64,000 bases of DNA from Longimicrobiales bacterium (GCA_965218295.1 CBDCKN010000009.1:515091-579090); one strand, 5' to 3'; counted from the stretch's first letter, positions 54,344-64,000 are shown. Notes: a model not told the origin generated them from the sequence alone. A program made the numbers and translations.

Positions 54344-56466
54344 ATGCCACTGCACCTGACGCTAGCCACAGTGCTTCTGGCGATTCAGGTCCCCACCAGC
54401 GGGACCATTGAGGGCGTCGTGCGTGGAAACGAGCAGACCTCCGGAAGGGTCCTGGCCTACGCTATCGTCGAGGCGTCGACGCCAGGAGAGCACCGGAGCG
54501 CCTTGACCGACACCCTGGGACGATACCGCTTCGAGGCCTTGCCGGCGGGGCTCGTGCGGTTGCGCATCAGCCATCCAGGACATCGGTCGGTGCGTGTGGA
54601 CGTCGAGGTTCCGGCCGGTGGCACGGTCTCCCTGGATGTCGACCTGGAGCAACGTCCCATCCTGTTGCCACCCATCGAGGTGTTGAGCGAGCCCATCGCC
54701 CGGGGAAGAGCGCCGACGGGTGTCGATCCTCCCATCCCCGATGTGGAGGTGATCGCCCTCGCTCTGAGCCCCGGTCTCGGCGAGGTGGGGCTCGGCGAGG
54801 CGGCGGCGACCCTGCCCGGGAACGACCCGGCCGATCCGTCGGACGTCCTCTTCATGCGAGGCTCGACGACCGATCTGAAGCTCGTCCTCCTCGACGGGGC
54901 TCCCGTCTACACGCCCTTCCACCTGGGGGGGCTGCTCAGCAGCTTCGACGCGTTCATCCTGGGTGGGGCCGCCCTTCACGTGGGAGGCGCGCCAGCCCGC
55001 TACGACGGTGGACTCTCCTACATCCTGGACCTCCGAACGAGAAGTCCGCGGCGGGACCGGTGGAGAGGGCGGGGAGGCGTAGACCTGCTCAGCGGGCACG
55101 TGGCCCTGGAGGGGCCCCTCGGTGAGAAGGTTGGCTTCGCGGCTACAACTCGCACGCTGCACGATCTCGGTGCCGGCGTCCTGGGCGGCTCCCACACGCC
55201 CTACGGCTATCGTGATGCCCTGGGTCGGGTAGACGCCGAGCTCGGGGGGGGTCACCGGCTCAGCGCCACCGCGTTCTGGAACCGGGAGTCGGTCCGCCTC
55301 TCGGTGGACCGGGAGCCCACGAATTTAGTGGCCCTACCACCCCCGGACACGTCGGAGGGCCTGCTAGCCAGCGCCGAGACGAGCCGTCTGAGACTCACCC
55401 TGGATGCCTCGGCTCCCTTCGGCGGGAGCCGGGTGCGCTTCGGGGGGGCCGTCGACCGCGTGAGCACGCGCTACTCGGCCCGACGCTTCGAAGACCTGGG
55501 GCTGGAGCCCACTGACGCGAAGGAGGCGAACGGCGTCGTGGCGGGAGCCTATCTGGACGGCGTCCGTCCACTCGCTCCAGGCCTCGACCTCCGACTCGGG
55601 GTCAGAGCCGATGCCTTCTCCACGGAGGGGAGTGTTCACTTGGCTCCACGGGTGGCCTTCCTCTGGAGTCTGAGCGCGGACGCGCTGCTCACTGTGGCAG
55701 CGGGCCGGTATCATCAATATACCCGTGCCTCGGATCAGCAGGTGGAGCTGGCGGTCTCGGATGGGGCTCCGGCGAGTGTGACCGGTCCGCTGCTTTCGAT
55801 CGCCGCGGCGGACCACGTGGTGCTCTCGCTGGATCAGAAGCTCGGCCGCGGCGTGCGTCTGGGCATCGAGGGCTTCTGGAAGGGCTTTTCGGGGCTCGGA
55901 ACGGGCGGTGATGTGCTGAGAAGCTCTGGGTCGATCTCCGCGTTCTTCACGAAGGTCCACGAGCCACCGCCTGGCTGGGGTACAACCTGGCCTGGTTCTG
56001 GTCGGGGACGGGTGGCTTCGGGAGCACGTCCAACTTCGCCGGGCGCCAGCTCCTGAGCGCCGGGGTCACCGGAACGCTCGATGGACGGACCGGCGGCAGC
56101 CTGAAGGTGGCGTACAGCGCGGGCCTTCCGTACACGAGTATACCTTTCGGTCAGAGAGGCGCTGAGGCAGCCGTCGACGGCGGCGCTCCACCCCCTCAGC
56201 TTCCGGGCGATCTAGCCGAACAGGATCCGGTGTTCAGTGGGGATCCGGACGACGGATTCCTGCGGTTGGATCTCGAGCTCTTCGCTCGCTTCACCCCCCG
56301 CATTCGCGGCCGCGCGGTGGAGATCCGTCCATACCTCCGCCTGATCAACGCCTTGGACCAGCGCGACGCGCTGTTCTATTACTTCGAACCCTGGCGCGAC
56401 GACGAGCTCCGCCCCTTGGCGGAGCGCACGATCCTCCCGGTCTTCGGACTGGAGTGGCGGTTCTAG
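54344..56466 (+). CDS. TonB-dependent receptor with N-terminal carboxypeptidase-regulatory-like domain; frameshift near 55928
   Basis: TDTLGRYRF; plug motifs LFMRG, LLDGAPVY.PFHLGGL.S.F, GGAPARYDGGLS; LGVRAD, PRV; terminal WRF. Confidence 0.85.
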
Positions 56467-56551
56467 TGTCCCGTTGCCAAAGTATCTCGGCCAGTCGAGG
56501 GCACGGTACATCCGACCCCTTTGGTGGCTCGCGAACTTCGGCAACGGAACA
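56467..56551. mobile_element. Putative MITE (85 bp, TG...CA, 17-bp TIRs) flanked by CTAG
   Basis: TGTCCCGTTGCCAAAGT (56467-56483) vs ACTTCGGCAACGGAACA (56535-56551), 15/17 match. CTAG at 56463-56466 and 56552-56555. Confidence 0.65.
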
Positions 56552-57283
56552 CTAGAGGGGCTCGAAGACGAAGTTGTTCGCGTAGGGCGCCCGGCCGAGC
56601 GTCTGGTGGGCCTCGAGGTCGAATTGGCGCACGTCGAGCAGCTCCCCGTGCCAGAAAAAAGAGCCCCGGTATCCGAGACCCTGAAGGTACTCGAAGACGT
56701 CTGTGACCGCCCGGCCCGGGTTGTGCCTGGCCTCGCACTCGAAGAGCAGGAGGGGGCGGTCCTGTGTGAGGACGCCCTCCGCGCCCCTGAACGTGTCGAG
56801 CTCGTGCCCCTCCACGTCGCACTTGATGAGGTCGACCGGCCGGCCGAGCCGCCTCTCTTTCAGGAAGTCGTCGAGCGTGTCGATCCGGACCGTGTAACGG
56901 CGCGCCTCGGCACCGGCCAGAGCTCCGACGAGCGAGGCGTCTTGAGACGGGCCACTTCCCGGGGCGTGCAACGTGAGCTCGCCTCCGGTAGCCGAGAGCC
57001 CTGCCTCCTCGACGTGCACGTTGGCCCACGAAAACGCTTCTACAACACGCCGCAGGAACGCCGCCAGCTCTGGCTGTGGCTCGAAAGCGAAGACGTGTCC
57101 CGAGGCGCCAACCTCACCCCGCATCCAGTAAGTGTACCCGCCCTTGTACGCTCCAGCGTCGACTACGACGTCACCGGGTCCGAGGACGCCCCGCATCCAG
57201 CGGATCTCCTCGGGGGCCAGCTTGGTCCGATATCGCCAGGCTCGATGTCGGCACTCCAAGCGCCGCAGAAAGCTCGAGATCAT
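56552..57283 (-). CDS. FkbM-family methyltransferase
   Basis: VDAGAYKGGY, FAFEPQP, IKCDVEGHE. Confidence 0.88.
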   Translation of the reverse strand: MISSFLRRLECRHRAWRYRTKLAPEEIRWMRGVLGPGDVVVDAGAYKGGYTYWMRGEVGASGHVFAFEPQPELAAFLRRVVEAFSWANVHVEEAGLSATGGELTLHAPGSGPSQDASLVGALAGAEARRYTVRIDTLDDFLKERRLGRPVDLIKCDVEGHELDTFRGAEGVLTQDRPLLLFECEARHNPGRAVTDVFEYLQGLGYRGSFFWHGELLDVRQFDLEAHQTLGRAPYANNFVFEPL

Positions 57284-57405
57284 GGGCTCCGGCCGTCTCA
57301 ACGCGAAGGGACTCGGTGCCGGAAACGTAGCCCGAACCGCCGGCCGTCGCTCCATCGGCGTCAGCGCATCTCGAGTTCGGCCGCAGCGGACGGCAGCGGC
57401 GGATA

Positions 57406-57432
57406 CGTCACAAATCCCGCTTCCGACTCGTT
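57406..57432 (+). promoter_or_regulatory. ECF-type promoter CGTCACA-N16-CGTT
   Basis: CGTCACA AATCCCGCTTCCGACT CGTT, about 70 nt before ATG 57505. Confidence 0.65.
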
Positions 57433-57504
57433 TCTCCTGCAGCACCCGGGTCCGGCGTATCGACGTGCCGACCCCCGCACCGATCCTCTGGGCTGGAGAA
57501 CCCC

Positions 57505-58980
57505 ATGAACGCTCCGCTACGATACCAGGTCCTCCTATGCACGGTCCTCATCGCCGCCGTGCCCGCCCCCGTCGCCGGTCAGCTCATCTCGCTGAAGACC
57601 GTGCCGGTGGCCACGGGCGATCAGTTCCTGACGCTCCCCTCCGAGAGGCTCGGGATGGGGGGCGTGGCCATCGCCCTCGACGACGCGCTCCTCGACCCCT
57701 TCGTGAACCCGGCCAAGGGCTCCCTCATCGAGGAGTCGGCGCTCCTCAGTGCACCGACGTTCTACGGGATCTCCAACGGAAACGGGGCGGGCCGGACCCT
57801 GCCCCTGTCGGTGCTCTTCCGCTCAGACAAGGGGTTCGGGGGATTCTCCTTTGCGCTTCAGCAGATCGAGGGTGGGGATCGCGGAGGAGTCTTCTTCCTT
57901 CCGGTCGATGCCGTCTGGGTCGGCCCCCCGGCACGGCTGAACGAGCTGTCAGCCACGAACGTGTACGCCGACGGCGTCATCGGCCTGGAGCTCGGGGAGA
58001 CCGGATTGTCGCTGGGCGCCGGCGTCTCGTGGTCCGGCCTCAAGGCGTTGGACGGTGTGGAACATCTCTACTCGCTGGCCGACGGAATCGACCAGTCGGG
58101 CCATGCGGTGGATTACCGTCTCGGCTTGTTCTCCAACCGGGAGGGACGGCACTTCGAAGCGGTGATCGTCCATAACCGCTTCAGCATGACCCACGACGTC
58201 ACCTACATCGACTGGGTCTGGGACGACACGGACATGGTTCCGATCCTCACCACCCGTCTCGAGACCAACGAAGACGAGACCCGCACGACGGGTTTCCAGC
58301 TGGGATTCGCTCGGCCCATCACCGAGAGTGGATGGCGGATCGGGGGGACGTGGACCGTGAACCGGAAGTCCCATCCCAAGATCCCCAACTACGAGATCAT
58401 GAACATCCCCCGGGATCCGGGCATCTCGTGGGCCTACGACTTCGGCATCGGCATCGCGAAGTCGAGCGGGCCGGCGACGTTCGGCATCGACCTCGTCTTC
58501 GAGCCCATCTGGAGCGACACCTGGGTGGAGGCGGAAGCCGATACCACGTCGGCCGACGGCGCCGTCATCAACAAGGGCGAGAAGACGATCGAGAACGAAT
58601 TCTTCTTCACGAATGTGCAGATGCGCCTCGGGCTGGCTCACGAGACGGAGCGGCTCACGTTCCAGGTGGGCGTGGAGGTGCGCTCCTACGACTACACTCT
58701 CGAGCAGCGCGACAACATCGAGAACACCTTGCGAGACGAGGACGAGAGCTGGATGGAGTGGACGCCGAGTTTCGGAGCGAAGGTAAAGTTCCCGGAGTTC
58801 GAGCTCGGCTACGTAGGCCGCATGACGACGGGGTCGGGGCGTCCGGGCGTCCAGTGGACGGGGCCGCGAGCCCAGGCAGCGATGGACGCCGACTTTATCG
58901 TCGCGCCCAGCGGTCCGCTGACGCTACAGGATGCCCGCGTGCTCACCCACCGGGTGACGGTGTCGATCCCGATCCGGTGA
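57505..58980 (+). CDS. Hypothetical exported protein, probable outer-membrane beta-barrel (FadL/PorV-like start)
   Basis: Signal peptide; LGMGGVAIA......FVNPA resembles the FadL/PorV N-terminal motif; alternating amphipathic strands; GGAG RBS. Confidence 0.7.
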   Translation: MNAPLRYQVLLCTVLIAAVPAPVAGQLISLKTVPVATGDQFLTLPSERLGMGGVAIALDDALLDPFVNPAKGSLIEESALLSAPTFYGISNGNGAGRTLPLSVLFRSDKGFGGFSFALQQIEGGDRGGVFFLPVDAVWVGPPARLNELSATNVYADGVIGLELGETGLSLGAGVSWSGLKALDGVEHLYSLADGIDQSGHAVDYRLGLFSNREGRHFEAVIVHNRFSMTHDVTYIDWVWDDTDMVPILTTRLETNEDETRTTGFQLGFARPITESGWRIGGTWTVNRKSHPKIPNYEIMNIPRDPGISWAYDFGIGIAKSSGPATFGIDLVFEPIWSDTWVEAEADTTSADGAVINKGEKTIENEFFFTNVQMRLGLAHETERLTFQVGVEVRSYDYTLEQRDNIENTLRDEDESWMEWTPSFGAKVKFPEFELGYVGRMTTGSGRPGVQWTGPRAQAAMDADFIVAPSGPLTLQDARVLTHRVTVSIPIR

Positions 58981-58987
58981 AGGAGCG

Positions 58988-59863
58988 TCAGCCATCCTCG
59001 CGGATACGCTCCTTGATGTAGATGAGCTCGCGGCGTGCCCACTCCCCGTGCTCGCCTTCGGGTTGGCGCTCCAGATATCGGGCGAGATCGGGAGCGGCAC
59101 GCGCGCGATCCCCGAGCTGCGTAGAGCAGATCTCATGGATGTGCCGGACGACCATAGCCTCTTCGTTGGCGCTGAGGTGCGCCACCTGCAAGGCCGTGCG
59201 TAGGATGTCGATGGCCTCTTCGTGGACGCCCATCCGAGTGCGTATGCGTGCCAGCCGAAGGTAGGGCAGGGGGTCCCGCCGGTTCATCCGAATGGCCTCT
59301 TTGTAGATCTTCGCCGCACCCTCCATGTCTCCCCGTTTAGCCAGCGCTTCGGGGTGGGAGTAGTCCGATCCCCTGGCACCGGACCAGCCACGGCCGATGC
59401 CAAGAAGATTCACCATGTGGTCCGCGCCCGAACCACAGACGAGGTACTCCATGCCGAGGCTGTAGACCGCTCCGACACCGATGGCAATGGCTACCGCCGG
59501 GACGATTGGTGCGCCCAGGACACTGGTAAAGAGGAAGATGAGACCGCCGACCACTCCGACTTCCCACGCCAGGACCGCCAAGCCGCCCAGCCCGATGCGG
59601 TTGGCCATCGACGCCACGGCCGGGACCAGCCTCTGCTCCAGGTAGAAGAAGAATCCGAAGCCCGACGCCCCCAGGGCGCTCCACAGGAGCCCGGACCCCT
59701 GGCCGATGGCCGGTGCAGAAAACCAACCCCAGGTCAGTCCCCCAAGGAGGACGAAAGGCATGGACAGGAGGAGCTGACAGCGGCGGCGAGACTTGTGGGC
59801 GTCGGTTTCCGTCCAGAGAGGGTAGAGGGCCAGGCTCTTCAGCCGAGTGACGAGGGCTTTCAC
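58988..59863 (-). CDS. Membrane protein with C-terminal TPR-like domain
   Basis: Four TM segments, then EALAKRGD...AAKIYKEAI...P.PYLRLA. Confidence 0.7.
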   Translation of the reverse strand: MKALVTRLKSLALYPLWTETDAHKSRRRCQLLLSMPFVLLGGLTWGWFSAPAIGQGSGLLWSALGASGFGFFFYLEQRLVPAVASMANRIGLGGLAVLAWEVGVVGGLIFLFTSVLGAPIVPAVAIAIGVGAVYSLGMEYLVCGSGADHMVNLLGIGRGWSGARGSDYSHPEALAKRGDMEGAAKIYKEAIRMNRRDPLPYLRLARIRTRMGVHEEAIDILRTALQVAHLSANEEAMVVRHIHEICSTQLGDRARAAPDLARYLERQPEGEHGEWARRELIYIKERIREDG

Positions 59864-61534
59864 AGATCATTCAATACCGGGCGATCACTCCCGAGGCAAC
59901 GCTGGAGCTCGCCGCGCGTCGCCCGCGCGGGCCGGTACCTCATGGCGGAAGAGGAACCGCCCAGACGAGCTCGTCAACAACCTTCGCTGGAGGTCGGACC
60001 GCCGCAAGCGGGACGGCGGGGCCTGAGCTGGAAAGAGGGAGGTTAGACGGGCCTCAACGAATTCGGATTCGGGCGAATCCGGTTTCGTCCGAGTGGAAGC
60101 GGTAGGTCTGCACGGACACGATGTCACCCTCGTCGGCTTCGCGCAGTGCGTCCTCGAGATCACGCTCGGAGCGGACGCGCACGTCGTTCACGTGGGTGAT
60201 GATTTCGTAGTCGGCGTAGATCTTGCCGTAGGACGGGCCGGCCGGGTAGACGCCCGTCACCACGGGTCCGGCATCCTCCGGGTCGATATTCCTCGGCAGG
60301 CCGAGCGCCATCTCGAAGGCCACCAGGCAGACACCCAGCGGGTGGTTCGCGCATGGCACGTGCACTTCAAGCTGGCTGTATTCCGCCCGTGGGGAAGCCG
60401 TCCGATCTCGGTCTCCTCGGTGCCCAGATACACCGTCAGGGTCTCGGGGCCACCGGCTTCCCGATGCACTATCAGGACCATGCTTTCGCCCAGCGCCTTG
60501 AACCAGACGCTCCGTTCCAGCTGGGCCACGGACATCACACGACGGCCGTCCACTTCGACGATCACGTCGCCCGGGCGCAGGCCCGAGCGGTACGCCGGAC
60601 TGTCCTCGTTTCCTACGTCCTGCACCACCACGCCACAGACCGTGTCGAGCCCCACGGCGAGGGCGTCCTCCACGGTTGCCCGCGAGGTAGTGGCACCCAG
60701 GATGCCCCGTGTGACATGCCCCTGCTCGATGAGCTGCGACACCACCGGGAGGATCAGGTTGGCCGGGATGGCCAGCGTATACCCCTGGTAGTATCCGGAT
60801 TGGCTCGCGATGGCCGAGTTCATGCCGACGATGCGGCCGTGGAGGTCCACCAAGGGCCCCCCCGAGTTGCCGCTGTTGGCCACGGCGTCGGTCTGGATGA
60901 ACTCCTGCACCGAGCCCATGAAGTTGGGCATGTCCATGGAGCGGTCCGTGGCGCTCACGATCCCCGCTGTCTGAACATCAGCGTGTTGCCCATGGGGTTG
61001 CCGATGGCCAGCACCCACTCGCCCACCCGCAACTGGTCGGAGTCGCCCAGGGACGCCGTCGGCAGATTCGTCTCGTCGATCTTCACGACCGCGATGTCGC
61101 TCAGGGCGTCCTCCCCGACGATCTCGGCTTCGTACTCACGACCGTCGAAGAGACGGACGAACACGCGACGTGCGCCGTCGATGATGTGATGGTTGGTGAC
61201 GATGTAGCCGTTGGGAAGGACGATGAATCCGGTTCCGCTGGTTGTGGTAGCGCGGGCAAAGGCGCCGGCCACGGCGCCCTGCAGAATTGTCGGCAGGTCC
61301 CGCAGTGGCCCGAGGCCCGTGGTCACCGTCTCGACCATGATGAAGACGACAGCGGGCTGAACGGCGCCGGCCACCGCGGCGAAGGCGTTGCCGAGCTGGA
61401 GCGCCGAGGCGGTGCCCTCGATCTCGGCCTTCTGATCGCCGACGCTACCGCTGGACGGGGACCCTCTCTGCCAACTTACGTGAGACACGGAGCAGCTAAG
61501 GAATTAGAGTAGGGCGAAGGCAGAGAAACCGAGG

Positions 61535-61984
61535 ATGCTGAGACACCGAGAGAGAATGAAAGAGAATGGAATAGCCCCACCAACCTGGGACGGTAAGCGA
61601 AGCGCGGCAGCTCCTGCGGACTCGGAGGTGGTAGATAGGCCGCTGCGCCGGCGGTTCGCTCCGTCGTACAAGCTGCGGATCGTCGAAGAAGCGGACCGGT
61701 GCACGGAGCCCGGAGAGGTTGGCCGACTCCTACGGCGGGAGGGCTTGTACTCGTCGCACCTGACGACATGGCGCAAGGCGGCGCATAGCGGGTCCCTGAA
61801 AGCGCTGTCGAAGAAACGAGGCCGTAAGCGCGAGCGCAATCCGCTGGAGGAGAAGGTGCGCAAGCTGGAGCGCGAGAACACTCGCCTCGAGAAGGAGCTC
61901 CAGAAGGCGCACTTGATCATCGACGTCCAGGGAAAAGTTGCAGGGCTGCTGGGATTGAGCCTCGAGGACGGGACGAACTCATGA
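61535..61984 (+). CDS. IS3 OrfA
   Basis: Identical protein to 43699..44148. Confidence 0.9.
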   Translation: MLRHRERMKENGIAPPTWDGKRSAAAPADSEVVDRPLRRRFAPSYKLRIVEEADRCTEPGEVGRLLRREGLYSSHLTTWRKAAHSGSLKALSKKRGRKRERNPLEEKVRKLERENTRLEKELQKAHLIIDVQGKVAGLLGLSLEDGTNS

Positions 61985-62988
61985 AGGCGACCCAGGAGCT
62001 AGCCAAGCACGTAGGGGTGAAGCCCGCGTGCGATGCGCTCAGGGTGCCGCGAGCCACGTTCTACCGTCGTCGGAGGCCATCGACCGGGCATCAGCAGCCC
62101 CGCCCGACCCCCGCCCGGGCCTTAAGCGAGAAGGAACGAGACAAGGTCTTCGACACGCTGTGTTCGGAGCGGTTCGTGGACCGGTCCCCAGCCGAGGTGG
62201 TGGCGACGCTGCTCGACGAGGACGTCTACCTGTGCAGCGAGCGTACGATGTATCGCGTTCTGGCTTCCCAGGTGCCGGTTCAGGAGCGTCGAGCGCAGCG
62301 GAGTCATCCCAAATACCAGAAACCCGAGTTGATGGCGAGGGGCCCGAACCAGGTCTGGTCCTGGGATATCACCCGGCTGCTGGGGCCGAAGAAGTGGAGT
62401 TACTTCTACCTCTACGTGATCCTGGACATCTTCAGCCGCTACGTCGTGGGATGGATGGTGGCGGATCGGGAGAACTCTGCCCTGGCCAGCCGGCTGATCC
62501 AGCAGAGTTGCTTGAAGCATGGCGTCCAGCCCCACCTCCTGACCCTGCATTCCGATCGAGGGGCTCCGATGACGAGCCAATGCACGGCTCAACTACTCGC
62601 CGATCTCGGCGTGACCCGCTCGTTGGGCCGACCCCAGGTCTCGGATGACAATCCGTTCTCCGAGGCTCAGTTCAAGACCTTGAAGTACCATCCCTCGTTT
62701 CCCGGCCGGTTCGGGGATCAGGGGCAAGCCAAGACCTTCTGTCGCTCGTTCTTCCGTTGGTATAATGCCGAGCACCGCCATGGCGGCATCTCGATGCTGA
62801 CCCCCGAACAGGTCCACTTCGGTCACGCCGATCGGATCATCGCCTGCAGGAAGGCCGTGCTCCGTGAGGCATGGGCCGCTCATCCCGAGCGCTTCGTCTC
62901 CGGTGAGCCGAAGCCTAAACCACTCCCGGAGGCCGTCTGGATCAATCCTCCCACCCCATCCCTCACTACACAGGAGATTGCTCTCTAA
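61981..62988 (+). CDS. IS3 OrfB (DDE)
   Basis: Differs from copy 1 only at RP vs SA near residue 32. Confidence 0.93.
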   Translation: MKATQELAKHVGVKPACDALRVPRATFYRRRRPSTGHQQPRPTPARALSEKERDKVFDTLCSERFVDRSPAEVVATLLDEDVYLCSERTMYRVLASQVPVQERRAQRSHPKYQKPELMARGPNQVWSWDITRLLGPKKWSYFYLYVILDIFSRYVVGWMVADRENSALASRLIQQSCLKHGVQPHLLTLHSDRGAPMTSQCTAQLLADLGVTRSLGRPQVSDDNPFSEAQFKTLKYHPSFPGRFGDQGQAKTFCRSFFRWYNAEHRHGGISMLTPEQVHFGHADRIIACRKAVLREAWAAHPERFVSGEPKPKPLPEAVWINPPTPSLTTQEIAL

Positions 62989-63297
62989 TTGATTTCCAAG
63001 AGTGTCTCACTGGCGTTGACAGGTTCCGGGATGCGGTCACGGCTGCCGACGCATCGGTGAGAGGGAGGATGGACACGGCGGCCAGCGTAAGGGCGAAGAG
63101 TCACCCCCTGCCTTGCGTAAGCCGTATTCGTCTCATCTCGACCTCAGTGCATCTTTCGCGAAACGCCGGAGTTCACTGCTTCTTGCTTACCGCTCCACAC
63201 GTGTTCCGGCGCGTACGCTCCGATGCGTCATGGTCCGAATCCTCAGCGGAGACCTCATTTGCGTCTTCGCGCACGGACCTTTCCATGACAGAACTAT

Positions 63298-63313
63298 TGC
63301 AACGGCCATGCCA
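63298..63313 (-). promoter_or_regulatory. Sigma54 (-24/-12) promoter upstream of the HtrA-like gene
   Basis: Minus strand TGGCATGGCCGTTGCA matches the TGGCAC-N5-TTGCW consensus with correct GG/GC spacing. Confidence 0.65.
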
Positions 63314-63431
63314 GGAGCGAGGATCGAGTCTCGGAAAGGAAAGCCGCCGGAAGCGAAACGGCGTTCGCCGGAAGTCTTTTCCGGATCCTGAAATTGTTTT
63401 CCATGACTCGGAGAATGGTCTCTGGAGGGTG

Positions 63432-64000
63432 TCAGGGGTGATCGGTCTCCACCGTGCCTGTCGTCGGCTCTGCTTGAATGGAAGACAGGCGAACGAGCTC
63501 CCGCTTCCCTCGCAGCTCCACCTCGCCCACGGACGTGGCTACGAGCCTGGGGGGCAGCGTCAGAAGGTCGAGGATCTCTTGGGAGACGAGAAGTCGGGCC
63601 CCCCGGTCCTTGCAGAGTGACAGGATCCGAGCCGTGGCGTTCAGCGTGTCGCCGTGGAATGCCAGCTCCTTCTTCGCCTCCCCCACCCATGCGGTCACCA
63701 CCTGTCCGCCGTGGACGGCACCGCGGAGCTCGGGCTCGAGTTCGTAGCGGACTCGATACTGGTTAGCGCGCTCCTCGAGGGAGGCGACCATCTCGACGAA
63801 GCACTGGACACATGCGGCGTCTCGTACCCCCCGCTCCATCTGCCAGCTGATGATGACCTCGTCCCCGGCGTACTGATACACCTCACCATGCCAGGCGAGG
63901 ATGGCTTCCGATACGTCGGTGAAGAGATCCCGGAGCATCATGCTGTAGCTCAGGGGTCCCAAGCGCTCGGCGTGGGTCGTCGAGCTGGCGAGGTCGGCGA
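63432..64000 (-). CDS. Class III adenylate/guanylate cyclase (3' part; runs off window end)
   Basis: ADLASST..AE.LG, YQYAGDE, HGG.V, KKELAFHGDTLNATARI. Confidence 0.88.
   Translation of the reverse strand, partial: ADLASSTTHAERLGPLSYSMMLRDLFTDVSEAILAWHGEVYQYAGDEVIISWQMERGVRDAACVQCFVEMVASLEERANQYRVRYELEPELRGAVHGGQVVTAWVGEAKKELAFHGDTLNATARILSLCKDRGARLLVSQEILDLLTLPPRLVATSVGEVELRGKRELVRLSSIQAEPTTGTVETDHP

Larger units (their letters stand above)
61462..63028 (+). mobile_element. IS3-family element, copy 2 (1567 bp)
   Basis: 3-bp duplication GGA at 61459-61461 and 63029-63031. IRs at 61469-61488 and 63002-63021. Confidence 0.95.
60054..63136 (-). pseudogene. HtrA/DegP-family trypsin-like protease with PDZ domains; TGA at 63103, IS3 insertion, frameshifts near 60970 and 60355
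   Basis: GAGG RBS plus signal peptide at 63136; [42 protein letters not shown]; two PDZ-like segments. Confidence 0.88.

Noticed and set aside
42655..63028. Composite transposon or inversion between the two inverted IS3 copies
   Set aside because: Each copy has its own TSD and both interrupted genes rejoin locally.
63101..63103. In-frame TGA in the HtrA-like gene as selenocysteine
   Set aside because: It lies in the signal peptide with no redox motif; more likely a nonsense change in an already disrupted gene.

Overview
This is a GC-rich bacterial chromosomal window. The gene repertoire (ADOP-type permease, DUF5916, plug-only lipoprotein, Tat-exported oxidoreductases) is suggestive of Gemmatimonadota, which is an inference. 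It contains a hexuronate/glycoside catabolism region (exuT-like, two Tat Gfo/Idh/MocA, DUF6807-ThuA, kdgK, uxuB, uxuA, eda), a GMC oxidoreductase pair, a Phd/VapC toxin-antitoxin pair, an amidohydrolase-phnX-phnW-MFS aminophosphonate operon and an ECF sigma/ZAS anti-sigma/TonB-dependent receptor locus. Five IS copies are present (2x IS256, 2x IS3, 1x IS1595), plus a probable 85-bp MITE, and four of the IS copies interrupt genes. About 20 frameshifts, nonsense codons and deletions indicate genome erosion and/or long-read indel errors. Highlights not visible in the ORF track: (1) one ECF-type promoter motif, YGTCACAA-N15-CGTT, occurs three times, upstream of the ECF operon, an unknown outer-membrane barrel and a distant lipoprotein, defining a candidate envelope regulon; (2) a DsbA/FrnE-like selenoprotein with an in-frame UGA in a UxxC motif and a SECIS-like hairpin; (3) an IS3 element whose true ends lie 7 bp outside its TG...CA inverted repeats; (4) two identical parS-like palindromes; (5) an IS1595 with a divergent small ORF sharing a CCATGG start with the transposase; (6) a (TC)22 microsatellite between divergent operons. 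No rRNA, tRNA or CRISPR array was found. All family assignments are by eye from motifs, without database searches.
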